From a virus (taxonomy: Duplodnaviria; Caudoviricetes), in the IMG/VR virus record IMGVR_UViG_3300023105_000041, positions 1 through 56,057 of that record: a DNA stretch of 56,057 nucleotides; one strand, written 5' to 3'. The notes under the pieces are model-generated. The model saw nothing but the letters and a program-made list of their open reading frames with translations, made no database searches and was not told the DNA's origin. Within the stretch, counting starts at the first letter, position 1, and each line of letters starts with the position of its first letter. Of this stretch, positions 1 through 8,178 are shown in pieces. A program made the translations under genes and the position numbers.

Positions 1-1816
1 CAACTCCTAACAAATCCTTTTCATCTGAAAATAATGTTTTTGGGGTTTCTTTTACATCACCATTTAATGCAGCACCTAATCTTCTACCTATAATTTGGTT
101 CATCTTTGCACCACTAATATCCATATCAAATGAAGAATCAATAAATATGGAATCCGAACCTATTAAACTAAATTCGTATGTATTATCACTTTTAGCACCA
201 TCAGATACAAAGTTTAATTCGTGAACTGTTAGTTGTGTAACTCCAGTTGAATTTCCATTTTCATCTTTTAGTTCATTTTCTTGAATTTGAAAATCCCACA
301 TTCCATTTACAGCAGAGGACATACCATTTAAAATTTGATACAATGCATCTTTAACAAAGAAAGATTCAGTTTCTAATATATTTTTTGCAAAATCAAAATT
401 TACATATAAATTATCCAAATAACCCCAATATTGTGCAGTTTTTGTATCACTTTCACCAATTAAATTATCAGTAGGTGTAGTTTGTGAAGGAAACTGAACC
501 AATCCCCCATCTGATTTTTTTACCGAATTATCAGTCGTACCACCACCTTTATCAGCAGTTACAATATCTTTAATTTTACTTTTGGGTTGTATTTTACCTA
601 AATTAAACTTGGGCCCCTTTGGGTTTGGTATAAATAACTTATCTATTTTAGTACTATAAATGTTTGGAAATGCAGAACATTTTGTATCTTTTGTATTTAT
701 TTCAAATTTTATAACTTTATTGGGGTCGTTATTTAAAATATATCCCTCTACACCTATTTCAGAGAATATTCTCATAAGTGTACTGAATTTTATGAATCTT
801 GCATCAGATGTTATTTTTGTTCCAGTTGGAAATGTAACATCCTCATCACCAATTTGCTTTGTATCTCTAACCAAACCAAAAAACCACCCATCTGTTGTAC
901 TATTTAATTTAGAATTTGTAGAGTCATCGAAATTTATAAAATTTTCTTGTTTTGCAAGTTCAGATTCTAATGCCTGTATTCTTTCAGTTCTTCTGGTTTT
1001 TGGTAAGTCATTAAATGCCTTCATCCACCTTGACTTAAAGTATTCATCTTTATTATTACTAAATTCACTTATTCTAATTTTCTGTGTTCCATAGGATGGT
1101 GCACTAACAAGTGTTGCATCTTCATTAGAGTTTTGTTCACCAGATTCACTTGCTAAAAGATATGCAGGTAATTCAACATAACCTGAACATTTTACATTTA
1201 TATTCCAAGTATCACCATTTAAAGTAATACCACCACCTGTCATAAATCCTAAATAGTTATCATACTCTCCTTCAGAACTTTCTCTTATTGCATTTGTATT
1301 TGAGAATGTTTGATATTTTGCAATATTCTCTGCAGTTAACTGCTGTAATCCACTTACTCCAGCATCGGTATTCCAACCCCATTCTATAAACATAGAATAA
1401 CCTGGTTCTAAAAAGTATTTACTCAAAGTTTCCATTTGTTCTTTTGAGTATGCAGTAATTGTAAAAGATGCCTTTCTTGATAAATTACCAGTACCTTCAT
1501 CAATTTCTAATGATGAAACAATTGGAGATGGCCTATATCCTTGCCCCTCATTTGCATTTATAGATGCACCACCCCATGTAGTTCCAACTGTACCTGATAG
1601 TTTGTCATTACCATATATTCCATTAGTTGCACTTCCTGCTGCTTTAAATAAATCATAATTAGGATTTGATAATAGAACAAGACCACCAGGACCGGTGCCA
1701 GATGTAATCCTAACCCATGGATTTAATTTAGATATATTATATACGCTACCTCTTCTATTTTTGAGTTTTGTACGAATATAATCAGATATATTTGAAAATT
1801 TAGGAAATGTTGACAT
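1..1816 (-). CDS. Putative baseplate hub protein (gp27/VgrG-like position), partial, runs off window start; absent from supplied ORF track
   Basis: ATG at 1816-1814, 7 nt after the LysM gene stop. I translated the first ~150 codons by hand with no stop: MSTFPKFSNISDYIRTKLKNRRGSVYNISKLNPWVRITSG...GYRPSPIVSSLEIDEGTGNLSRKASFTITAYSKEQMETLSKYFLEPGYSMFIEWGWN. Extension to the window edge is inferred from its absence in the track. Follows TMP, tube initiator and LysM genes, the usual hub position. Confidence 0.7.
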   Translation of the reverse strand, partial: MSTFPKFSNISDYIRTKLKNRRGSVYNISKLNPWVRITSGTGPGGLVLLSNPNYDLFKAAGSATNGIYGNDKLSGTVGTTWGGASINANEGQGYRPSPIVSSLEIDEGTGNLSRKASFTITAYSKEQMETLSKYFLEPGYSMFIEWGWNTDAGVSGLQQLTAENIAKYQTFSNTNAIRESSEGEYDNYLGFMTGGGITLNGDTWNINVKCSGYVELPAYLLASESGEQNSNEDATLVSAPSYGTQKIRISEFSNNKDEYFKSRWMKAFNDLPKTRRTERIQALESELAKQENFINFDDSTNSKLNSTTDGWFFGLVRDTKQIGDEDVTFPTGTKITSDARFIKFSTLMRIFSEIGVEGYILNNDPNKVIKFEINTKDTKCSAFPNIYSTKIDKLFIPNPKGPKFNLGKIQPKSKIKDIVTADKGGGTTDNSVKKSDGGLVQFPSQTTPTDNLIGESDTKTAQYWGYLDNLYVNFDFAKNILETESFFVKDALYQILNGMSSAVNGMWDFQIQENELKDENGNSTGVTQLTVHELNFVSDGAKSDNTYEFSLIGSDSIFIDSSFDMDISGAKMNQIIGRRLGAALNGDVKETPKTLFSDEKDLLGV

Positions 1817-1822
1817 AACCTA

Positions 1823-2110
1823 TTATTTAAAATTATTATTTATCTCAATATAGTTTTGTGGAATTCTTAATATTGTTCCATCTTTTAATCCAAATGGTGC
1901 ATTATGAATATTGTTTGCTGCAGCAATTATCCACCACAAAGATGCATCTCTGTAATATTGATATGCAAGTGTATCTAATCTATCACCAGTTTCGCTAGCA
2001 ACATAAATATCATCATCTCTTAATGGAATTTCTGGATATATTTTAGAAGTATATACAGTTCTCCCATCATTTAATTTTTTTGTTTTATTATTTTGATATC
2101 TACTTGCCAT
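1823..2110 (-). CDS. LysM-fold baseplate wedge protein (T4 gp53 / P2 gpX-like)
   Basis: GDRLDTLAYQYYRDASLWWIIAAANNI...G..LRIP motif; located in the baseplate cluster. Confidence 0.85.
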   Translation of the reverse strand: MASRYQNNKTKKLNDGRTVYTSKIYPEIPLRDDDIYVASETGDRLDTLAYQYYRDASLWWIIAAANNIHNAPFGLKDGTILRIPQNYIEINNNFK

Positions 2111-2112
2111 TA

Positions 2113-3882
2113 TTAACTTGTTTGTGGTGTAAATGAATATAATCTTCTACCTTGAGTTGTACTTCTACTTTCCAAAAATTTAATTGTAATGGAAACATCA
2201 GTAATCATAGGTAATCTATAGCCTTCCATATCTACACCTTCATTTGATATAGAATCTACTTTTTTATTTATTTCCCAAGGTGTAGATTCTGACCATGTAT
2301 GTGATAATGATTCTATAAATGCAAACTTACCTTTATATAAATCACCCATCGTAAATTTAATAAATGGTGGAACTATTGCAGATGATTCCGAATAAAATCC
2401 TTGTGGGAAAACTAATGTATTTAAAAAATTTATTTTATCCCACCCTGCCTTGTGCTCTTCTGCATTTAAAGAAAATACTTTAAAGTTAAATGAAACACTT
2501 CTTTCAATTCCACTATATGTGTAGTAACTAAATGGTGAACCAATAAATTTACCACTATCCCATGATGGTGAAAGTGTTTCGGTTAAACCAGTTATTGTTG
2601 ATAAAAAATTAACTGACCTACCTCTATGTATAGAAGTAAATTTAAGAGGTACTGTATCAAGTTCATCTATTGGTGTATTATCTATATTTAAACCATCTGA
2701 TTCTTTATAAACACCACTCGTATTTACAGCAATACCATAAGATGATTCATTATTTTTATTTTTAGAAAAATTATCTAAATTTTGTTTTCTTTTTTCAATT
2801 TGACCTTTTGATAATTTTCCTGCTCTGTTTATTTGTTTATTTAATTCAATATCTGGAAATGGAGAATTTTTTAATAATCCAAATTCTCTATTTTCTTCGG
2901 CATCATCAGATTTTTGTACAAATTTACTTGGTAATGCAAATGTACTTGTTTCCTTACCTAAAATTCCAAAATTTTTAGTTTCAACAGTTGTTATACTTGG
3001 TTTAAAGAAAGATGAATATGATGAACCTCCTGCATCAAAAAATTTACCAGAATCACTAACAAAGTTTGGAAGTGAACTATTAAATGTAGTTAAAGATGTT
3101 CCTGCACTTGTAGCACTTAATAAATTATTTTGTGTGTTTGACCCATAATTTCTTACTATTTTAACTCCGTTTGCAAAACCTGGAAAATTGTCAAAATCAT
3201 AATTATTTTGTGATGGGGCATTTCCACCTCCTACTAATTTATCTCTCAATAAACCTTTCCCAAATTTCATTGCCTCACCAATTACTTTAGAACCTAATTG
3301 ATTTGGGTCAGTTAGTGAACCAATTCCACCTTTTAACAATCTACCTAAAAGACTTCCTTGTGAACTATCTTTAATATTTTGTAATACACCTTGGTAATCT
3401 TTTTGAATACTATTTGTTGTTTCCAAACTACCCTTTGTAGGGTCTGAAAAGTTTTTTGTGAATGTAGGTGTTGCAAGAGATGGTATGCCTAATGTTTTGG
3501 TAGCAAAAGTTCTAACTGACTTAAATACCTTACCAATAGGACCTGATGGAAGTACACCAGATGTTTCTGCTTTCATCTCTGATAATGGTAAGGTTTCTCT
3601 TAATACCATTCTACCTAATTCAGGCCCATACAATAGGGGTTGTGAAAGTGTACCTAATATTCTAATACCTGTTGTCTCTTGTTCAAATACTCGTTCTCTT
3701 AATGTACTACCATTATTACGCCTTAATAAATTAACAGCTTTCATTGTAGTAGCATTAATTACAGGAGAATTGGATGATAATGGTATATTATTACCATTTC
3801 TAATCGCATAGACCTCTTGGGCAGTTTTACCACCTTGACTTTCTAATTGTTTACTTTTAAATAATTCTTCTAATGTAGGCAT
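2113..3882 (-). CDS. Baseplate/tail-tube initiator-like protein (C-terminal tube-fold domain, gp48/gp54-like)
   Basis: C-terminal SPSWDSGKFIGSPFSYYTYSGIERSVSFNFKV...PPFIKFTMGDLY...FIESLSHTW...PW pattern; sits between tape measure and LysM genes. Confidence 0.65.
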   Translation of the reverse strand: MPTLEELFKSKQLESQGGKTAQEVYAIRNGNNIPLSSNSPVINATTMKAVNLLRRNNGSTLRERVFEQETTGIRILGTLSQPLLYGPELGRMVLRETLPLSEMKAETSGVLPSGPIGKVFKSVRTFATKTLGIPSLATPTFTKNFSDPTKGSLETTNSIQKDYQGVLQNIKDSSQGSLLGRLLKGGIGSLTDPNQLGSKVIGEAMKFGKGLLRDKLVGGGNAPSQNNYDFDNFPGFANGVKIVRNYGSNTQNNLLSATSAGTSLTTFNSSLPNFVSDSGKFFDAGGSSYSSFFKPSITTVETKNFGILGKETSTFALPSKFVQKSDDAEENREFGLLKNSPFPDIELNKQINRAGKLSKGQIEKRKQNLDNFSKNKNNESSYGIAVNTSGVYKESDGLNIDNTPIDELDTVPLKFTSIHRGRSVNFLSTITGLTETLSPSWDSGKFIGSPFSYYTYSGIERSVSFNFKVFSLNAEEHKAGWDKINFLNTLVFPQGFYSESSAIVPPFIKFTMGDLYKGKFAFIESLSHTWSESTPWEINKKVDSISNEGVDMEGYRLPMITDVSITIKFLESRSTTQGRRLYSFTPQTS

Positions 3883-3884
3883 AG

Positions 3885-6275
3885 TTATACTGCGTATGAA
3901 TTACTTCCTATTTTATCATAGACCTTTGATAAGGTTGATGCAACTTTTTGTCCATCCATATAAACTGCAACTTTACCATTGGTTAAATCGTTTCGTAACC
4001 CTTGAATTTCAGTTAATAGTTCGCGGTCTTCACCACCACCACCATCACCACCTAATAATGAATTTAACCCAGTTGCAACAGTACCAACTACTGACAAAGC
4101 CATTAATCCTGGTGCGGCAAGAACTCCAGCTACACCCAATGCTATTAACGAAGCTGATAACCCCATTAATGAATATGATAATAATGCTATTGCTGGGATT
4201 AATAGTACTAATCCACTAATTGTTGTAGCTACAGACATTAATTGTGGCATTAAAGTTCCGATACCACTAGCCATCATTTCAAATCCAGTTCCTATCGCTT
4301 GAAGTGCATGTCCTAATACCAATACTGATGCCGCTATTACTAACATTGCTGCTGCTCCAGCTAAAATTGCTACTGCACCAACTCCACTCATCATAATAGC
4401 ACCCAATAGGGCAACAGCACCAACTAAAGATAACATCGATACCACAGCCATTCCAACTGCTTCCCAACTAACCTTCATAAATTCTTGTACTGCTTTTCCA
4501 AATACAAATACAGCACCAGCTACAATTACCATTGCTGCAGCACCTTTAAGAACTGCATTCATATTGATTTTAGACATAGAATCCATCATTCCACCTTTAG
4601 AAGCTGGATTTGCTTTATCTGATAAGGATTTCATTGGGGCAGTTTTATTACTCTTAAATCTCATATCAGGTGTACCATCAGCTTTAAGTGGACCTTTCGG
4701 TCCTTTACCAAAGTATGATTTAAATTTTTGTAATATACCACCACTACTTTTAAGATTAATACCCATTTGACCTGCTGCAATAGCCATACTGCCCATTGCT
4801 TGCATTCCACTAAATAGTTGTGAACCTACTGATTTTGCAGTGTTTGCAAATTTTTCATAATTAGTTACTGTTATTTCTCCATTTTTACCTAATTTATCTG
4901 CATTGTCAGCCATTTTTTGGAATTCTGCAACAGATACACCTAATAATGCTGCGGTTTGTTTCTTTTGGAAGTAATCCATTTTATTGAATTCTTCTATACC
5001 ACCTAACGATGAAAGTGTTTCTCTAACTGCACCACCTATATCTCCTTCATATGCTAATGCTCTGGCTCTATCTAAATTGATATTTCTACCTAACATTGCA
5101 CCAAGTTCTAATTCTGCATTAATTGAATTTTCAAAATCTAAAAGGTTATCAGCAATACCAGAAACTTGTTGCATTGAAACCCCCAACTTACTAGCAGCAA
5201 TGGCAGCCTCAGCAATATTCTTACCACCATTTTTTCCAAATAATGCAAATTGTTCAGCAGAATTTGCTACATCAGCCATTACATCAGCAGGAACTAATCC
5301 ATTTTGTTCTGCAAGGTTTTTAGTAGACTGAATTAAGTTTTGTGCTGTTTTTGCAGACCCATCATTTAATCTAGCAAAAGAACCAGTTAATCCAGCAGCC
5401 TCACTTGCACTTATTCCTAAATTTGTAGCAAGTGCATTAGTTCTAAATTGTGTTAGTGCTGATACATCACTTAATCCACCAAATTCTTTTGAAAGAGATT
5501 TTGTAGTTTCAACTGCATTTGGAAATATTGTTGAAAATAAAGTTGTTGATATATTTGAAGTATCTAATAAAGAACTACCTAATTGTCTTGAAGTTTCTAA
5601 TAATTTCTTTCCAGCAGCTCCACCTGCTATAAATACAGCACCTAATTTACCAAGGCCTGTTGATAATAGTAGGTCTGCTGTATCAAAAATACCACCAACG
5701 GTGTCTTTTATACTCTCATATACTTTAAGTTGTTTATTTAAATAACCTTGTTGTTTTTCGGTTAGTGAAGACATTCTTTCTGCAATATCTCTTTGCTGTT
5801 CAAGAGTATTTATTATATCTTGATTAACCTCCTCATTTTCTCTTAATAGTTCAATTTGGTCATTTATATCTGCTAATTTTTTTGCTCTACTTATTTCATC
5901 TTCAGCTGACATTGATAACAATTCTTGTGTTGCTGATGCAACTGAATTAATACTATCTTGTGTTACCGAACCTAATGTTTGTTGAGAATTTAGCCTCTTT
6001 CTATCTAATTCAACTAATGAAGCCTGTATACCAGTTAGTCCTTTTAATTTACCTTCTTGTTGAATTAAAGTATCTACTATTATTTTAGTCTTTGCTTGTA
6101 TTTCCTTTAATTGCTCGTTGTTTTCTTTTAATATTGTTACCTGGTTTTTATACTCTTTTGTGCCCTTTACCCTAGCCCTTCCAAGCTCGTTTTCAGTGCC
6201 TAATAGTCTATCCATTTCAGCTTTGGCAGCTGCAACGTTTTCCTTTAATTTTTTTATTTCATCACTTGAGGCCAT
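3885..6275 (-). CDS. Tail tape measure protein
   Basis: 796 aa, N-terminal coiled coil, Ala/Gly-rich helical core, hydrophobic C-terminal stretches, terminal VYMDGQKV motif; downstream of tube and chaperone genes. Confidence 0.85.
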   Translation of the reverse strand: MASSDEIKKLKENVAAAKAEMDRLLGTENELGRARVKGTKEYKNQVTILKENNEQLKEIQAKTKIIVDTLIQQEGKLKGLTGIQASLVELDRKRLNSQQTLGSVTQDSINSVASATQELLSMSAEDEISRAKKLADINDQIELLRENEEVNQDIINTLEQQRDIAERMSSLTEKQQGYLNKQLKVYESIKDTVGGIFDTADLLLSTGLGKLGAVFIAGGAAGKKLLETSRQLGSSLLDTSNISTTLFSTIFPNAVETTKSLSKEFGGLSDVSALTQFRTNALATNLGISASEAAGLTGSFARLNDGSAKTAQNLIQSTKNLAEQNGLVPADVMADVANSAEQFALFGKNGGKNIAEAAIAASKLGVSMQQVSGIADNLLDFENSINAELELGAMLGRNINLDRARALAYEGDIGGAVRETLSSLGGIEEFNKMDYFQKKQTAALLGVSVAEFQKMADNADKLGKNGEITVTNYEKFANTAKSVGSQLFSGMQAMGSMAIAAGQMGINLKSSGGILQKFKSYFGKGPKGPLKADGTPDMRFKSNKTAPMKSLSDKANPASKGGMMDSMSKINMNAVLKGAAAMVIVAGAVFVFGKAVQEFMKVSWEAVGMAVVSMLSLVGAVALLGAIMMSGVGAVAILAGAAAMLVIAASVLVLGHALQAIGTGFEMMASGIGTLMPQLMSVATTISGLVLLIPAIALLSYSLMGLSASLIALGVAGVLAAPGLMALSVVGTVATGLNSLLGGDGGGGEDRELLTEIQGLRNDLTNGKVAVYMDGQKVASTLSKVYDKIGSNSYAV

Positions 6276-6285
6276 CTAATGTATA

Positions 6286-6495
6286 CTATTGGTAATATTT
6301 TAAATCATCTTCTAGCTCTTTGGCTAACTTATCGATTTCTTTCATTTTTTTAATGATTGGAGGTGGAACTTTTTTATTTTTTTCCGCCTGTTTTAATGCT
6401 CGATTTGTAGCATTGGATTTTAGTCCATCAAAAAATGAATCAGAAAACTTTTTGGCTGCACCAAATAAACCTTCGTTTGTTTTTTGTTTTGACAT
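6286..6495 (-). CDS. Small basic hypothetical protein (about 69 aa)
   Basis: Likely start is ATG at 6495 (MSKQKTNE), 29 nt below the TATTTATA motif; the track's start at 6522 abuts that motif. Confidence 0.6.
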   Translation of the reverse strand: MSKQKTNEGLFGAAKKFSDSFFDGLKSNATNRALKQAEKNKKVPPPIIKKMKEIDKLAKELEDDLKYYQ

Positions 6496-6523
6496 GGGTA
6501 ATCTCTTTATAGTTTTATACAAC

Positions 6524-6531
6524 TATAAATA
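6524..6531 (-). promoter_or_regulatory. Putative late-promoter motif TATTTATA for the tape measure/baseplate operon
   Basis: + strand TATAAATA in an intergenic gap, directly after a terminator; same motif recurs before other genes. Confidence 0.55.
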
Positions 6532-6537
6532 TTGGAT

Positions 6538-6571
6538 AAAAAAAAAGTGAGGATTATTTCCTAACCCTCAC
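6538..6571 (-). terminator. Rho-independent terminator
   Basis: mRNA GUGAGGGUUA-GGAAA-UAAUCCUCAC (10-bp stem, one G-U) followed by U9; overlaps the stop of the 6554 ORF. Confidence 0.8.
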
Positions 6572-6767
6572 CTTTGACTTTCTTTCTATTTTCTTATGTT
6601 CTTCTGCTTCTTTCTTTTTTAACTCTAATAACTTATTGAAATAGAACTTTCTCCATTGTATAGGCATGAAGTAAACATCTCTCCAAGTAAATCCGTTACC
6701 AAAGTTAACCAACTCCCAAATTTGGTTGTGAAGTTGGATACTATAATCATTCGGAAGGGTAAAAAAA
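6554..6767 (-). CDS. Frameshift-accessed C-terminal extension of the tail assembly chaperone (lambda gpT / P2 gpE' / T4 gp51-like)
   Basis: +1 frame relative to 6747..7520, overlapping it at a U7 run; no convincing start of its own; FTWRDVYFMPIQWRKFYFNKL motif. Confidence 0.7.
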
Positions 6768-7520
6768 CGATACCCCAAACGGGATATCGAGTGCCTCCTC
6801 TTCACCCGTCAACTCTGAAACAAAGTTGAATGTTAAATCCATATCAGGACTTAACCCTTTCACAAATTTTCTGAATGCTTTAGTGTCTAATGCTAGGAAT
6901 GAATTTTGTACCCATTTAGTAATGAATCCTCTATCTTGGTTACCATCTACTGATTGAATCATATACTTTAAACGAGTTGTTACATCAAATGTAGCATCTC
7001 CCTTTCCTTTATATAATCTAGCTAATGCTTGGTTTTCTTTACTAATTTCAATCTCATCACCATGTGTTAGAAGTTTAAATTCTAATTCAGTTCCACTTTT
7101 TGGTAAAGTAAACTTATATAGGTTATCACCATTGAGTAACTCTTCATTAAAATCTCTGGTTTTTACCTTTGATAAATCAATAGTTACTTTTTGTAATTCT
7201 AATGTAGATGGGTCAGTTACCTCAACAACATAATCAGAACCATAACCCATTACTCTTGTTGCTAAAAGAATTGCATTTTTATCACCGATAAAGATATCAT
7301 TTATATCAACACCTGGTTCTACAACAACTGATTCAAATAGTTTATCTAAAACTATACCCTTTTTAATTAAAGATTGAGATGCAAGAATATCTTCTTCTCT
7401 TGCAGTCATGTATTTAATTTCAACATTTCCTTTTCTTAAAGGATGTCCTTCTGGATAAACTAATCCCTTTGATGGTAAATCCACTACCTCGGTTGGGAAA
7501 TCGAATTTATTTTCGCTCAT
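6747..7520 (-). CDS. Tail assembly chaperone / baseplate hub assembly protein (T4 gp26-like)
   Basis: VDLPSKGLVYP...VEIKYMTAREEDIL...GDKNAILLATRVMGYG...F.LP.S...LEFKLLTHGDE; ends ...SFFYP; between tube and TMP genes. Confidence 0.8.
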   Translation of the reverse strand: MSENKFDFPTEVVDLPSKGLVYPEGHPLRKGNVEIKYMTAREEDILASQSLIKKGIVLDKLFESVVVEPGVDINDIFIGDKNAILLATRVMGYGSDYVVEVTDPSTLELQKVTIDLSKVKTRDFNEELLNGDNLYKFTLPKSGTELEFKLLTHGDEIEISKENQALARLYKGKGDATFDVTTRLKYMIQSVDGNQDRGFITKWVQNSFLALDTKAFRKFVKGLSPDMDLTFNFVSELTGEEEALDIPFGVSFFYPSE

Positions 7521-7544
7521 AATTAACCTTTATTTGTTTGTATA

Positions 7545-7552
7545 TATAAGTA
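7545..7552 (-). promoter_or_regulatory. Variant promoter motif TACTTATA
   Basis: One mismatch to TATTTATA, 25 nt upstream of ATG 7520, just after a terminator. Confidence 0.45.
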
Positions 7553-7578
7553 TATGGAAATAAAAAAGTTGTAAAATG

Positions 7579-7605
7579 AAAAAAGGTTCTCACAAAGAGA
7601 ACCTT
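7579..7605 (-). terminator. Rho-independent terminator after tail tube gene
   Basis: mRNA AAGGUUCUC-UUUGU-GAGAACCUU followed by U-rich tail. Confidence 0.75.
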
Positions 7606-7637
7606 CTTCAAATATATAGATAGTAGTGGATAATATC

Positions 7638-8126
7638 TTAAAACTCTAACACAGCGTAATCGTATGCCAATGTTAGTGAAATTTCAGCAGGGTCATTAGA
7701 GTCGAATGCCAAGTCATTGAAATTAGCAGCAGCAATGAAAGCACCTTTCAGTTTCCATTGTTCAATTTTATCACCAACTGGACCTAACATATAGAAATCG
7801 ATATCTTTTTTGTAGAAATCTGCATATCCTTTTCTACCAGTTAAAGATTCATACCCTAATCTTACCCATTCCATCACTTGTTGTGCTCCACTTGGAACGA
7901 TTGGGTCATATAGAGTAATTTCGATATCTTGCCACTCACCTTTACCTTGTAGTTTTCTATAAGTGTTGATGTGGTCTAACTTTACAGTTTCGAAATTGAT
8001 AGCTGGTCTACTTGCTGCCTTAATTAAGTACGACTGAATACCATCAATCTCCATGATGTATCTGTTCTTCATCTTCGGTTCGAAGTTGGTAAAGAACATT
8101 TCGTTAAATTCTAATACTTCTGCCAT
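7638..8126 (-). CDS. gp19: Tail tube protein (gp19-like)
   Basis: 162 aa directly after sheath; FEPKMKNRY, KGEWQDIEITLYD, WKLKGAF, EISLTLAYDYA motifs. Confidence 0.9.
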   Translation of the reverse strand: MAEVLEFNEMFFTNFEPKMKNRYIMEIDGIQSYLIKAASRPAINFETVKLDHINTYRKLQGKGEWQDIEITLYDPIVPSGAQQVMEWVRLGYESLTGRKGYADFYKKDIDFYMLGPVGDKIEQWKLKGAFIAAANFNDLAFDSNDPAEISLTLAYDYAVLEF

Positions 8127-8178
8127 TTTATTATTTTCCCTTTTATACTAATAAATATTAGTTGTTCATTTTTTTATC

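Noticed and set aside
660-1094. 144-aa + strand ORF
   Set aside because: Antisense to the minus-strand hub gene starting at 1816
6768-6805. Independent GTG start at 6805 for the 83-aa ORF
   Set aside because: Lies inside the upstream gene, has no clear SD at proper spacing, and gives an implausible N-terminus; recoding at U7 explains the ORF better
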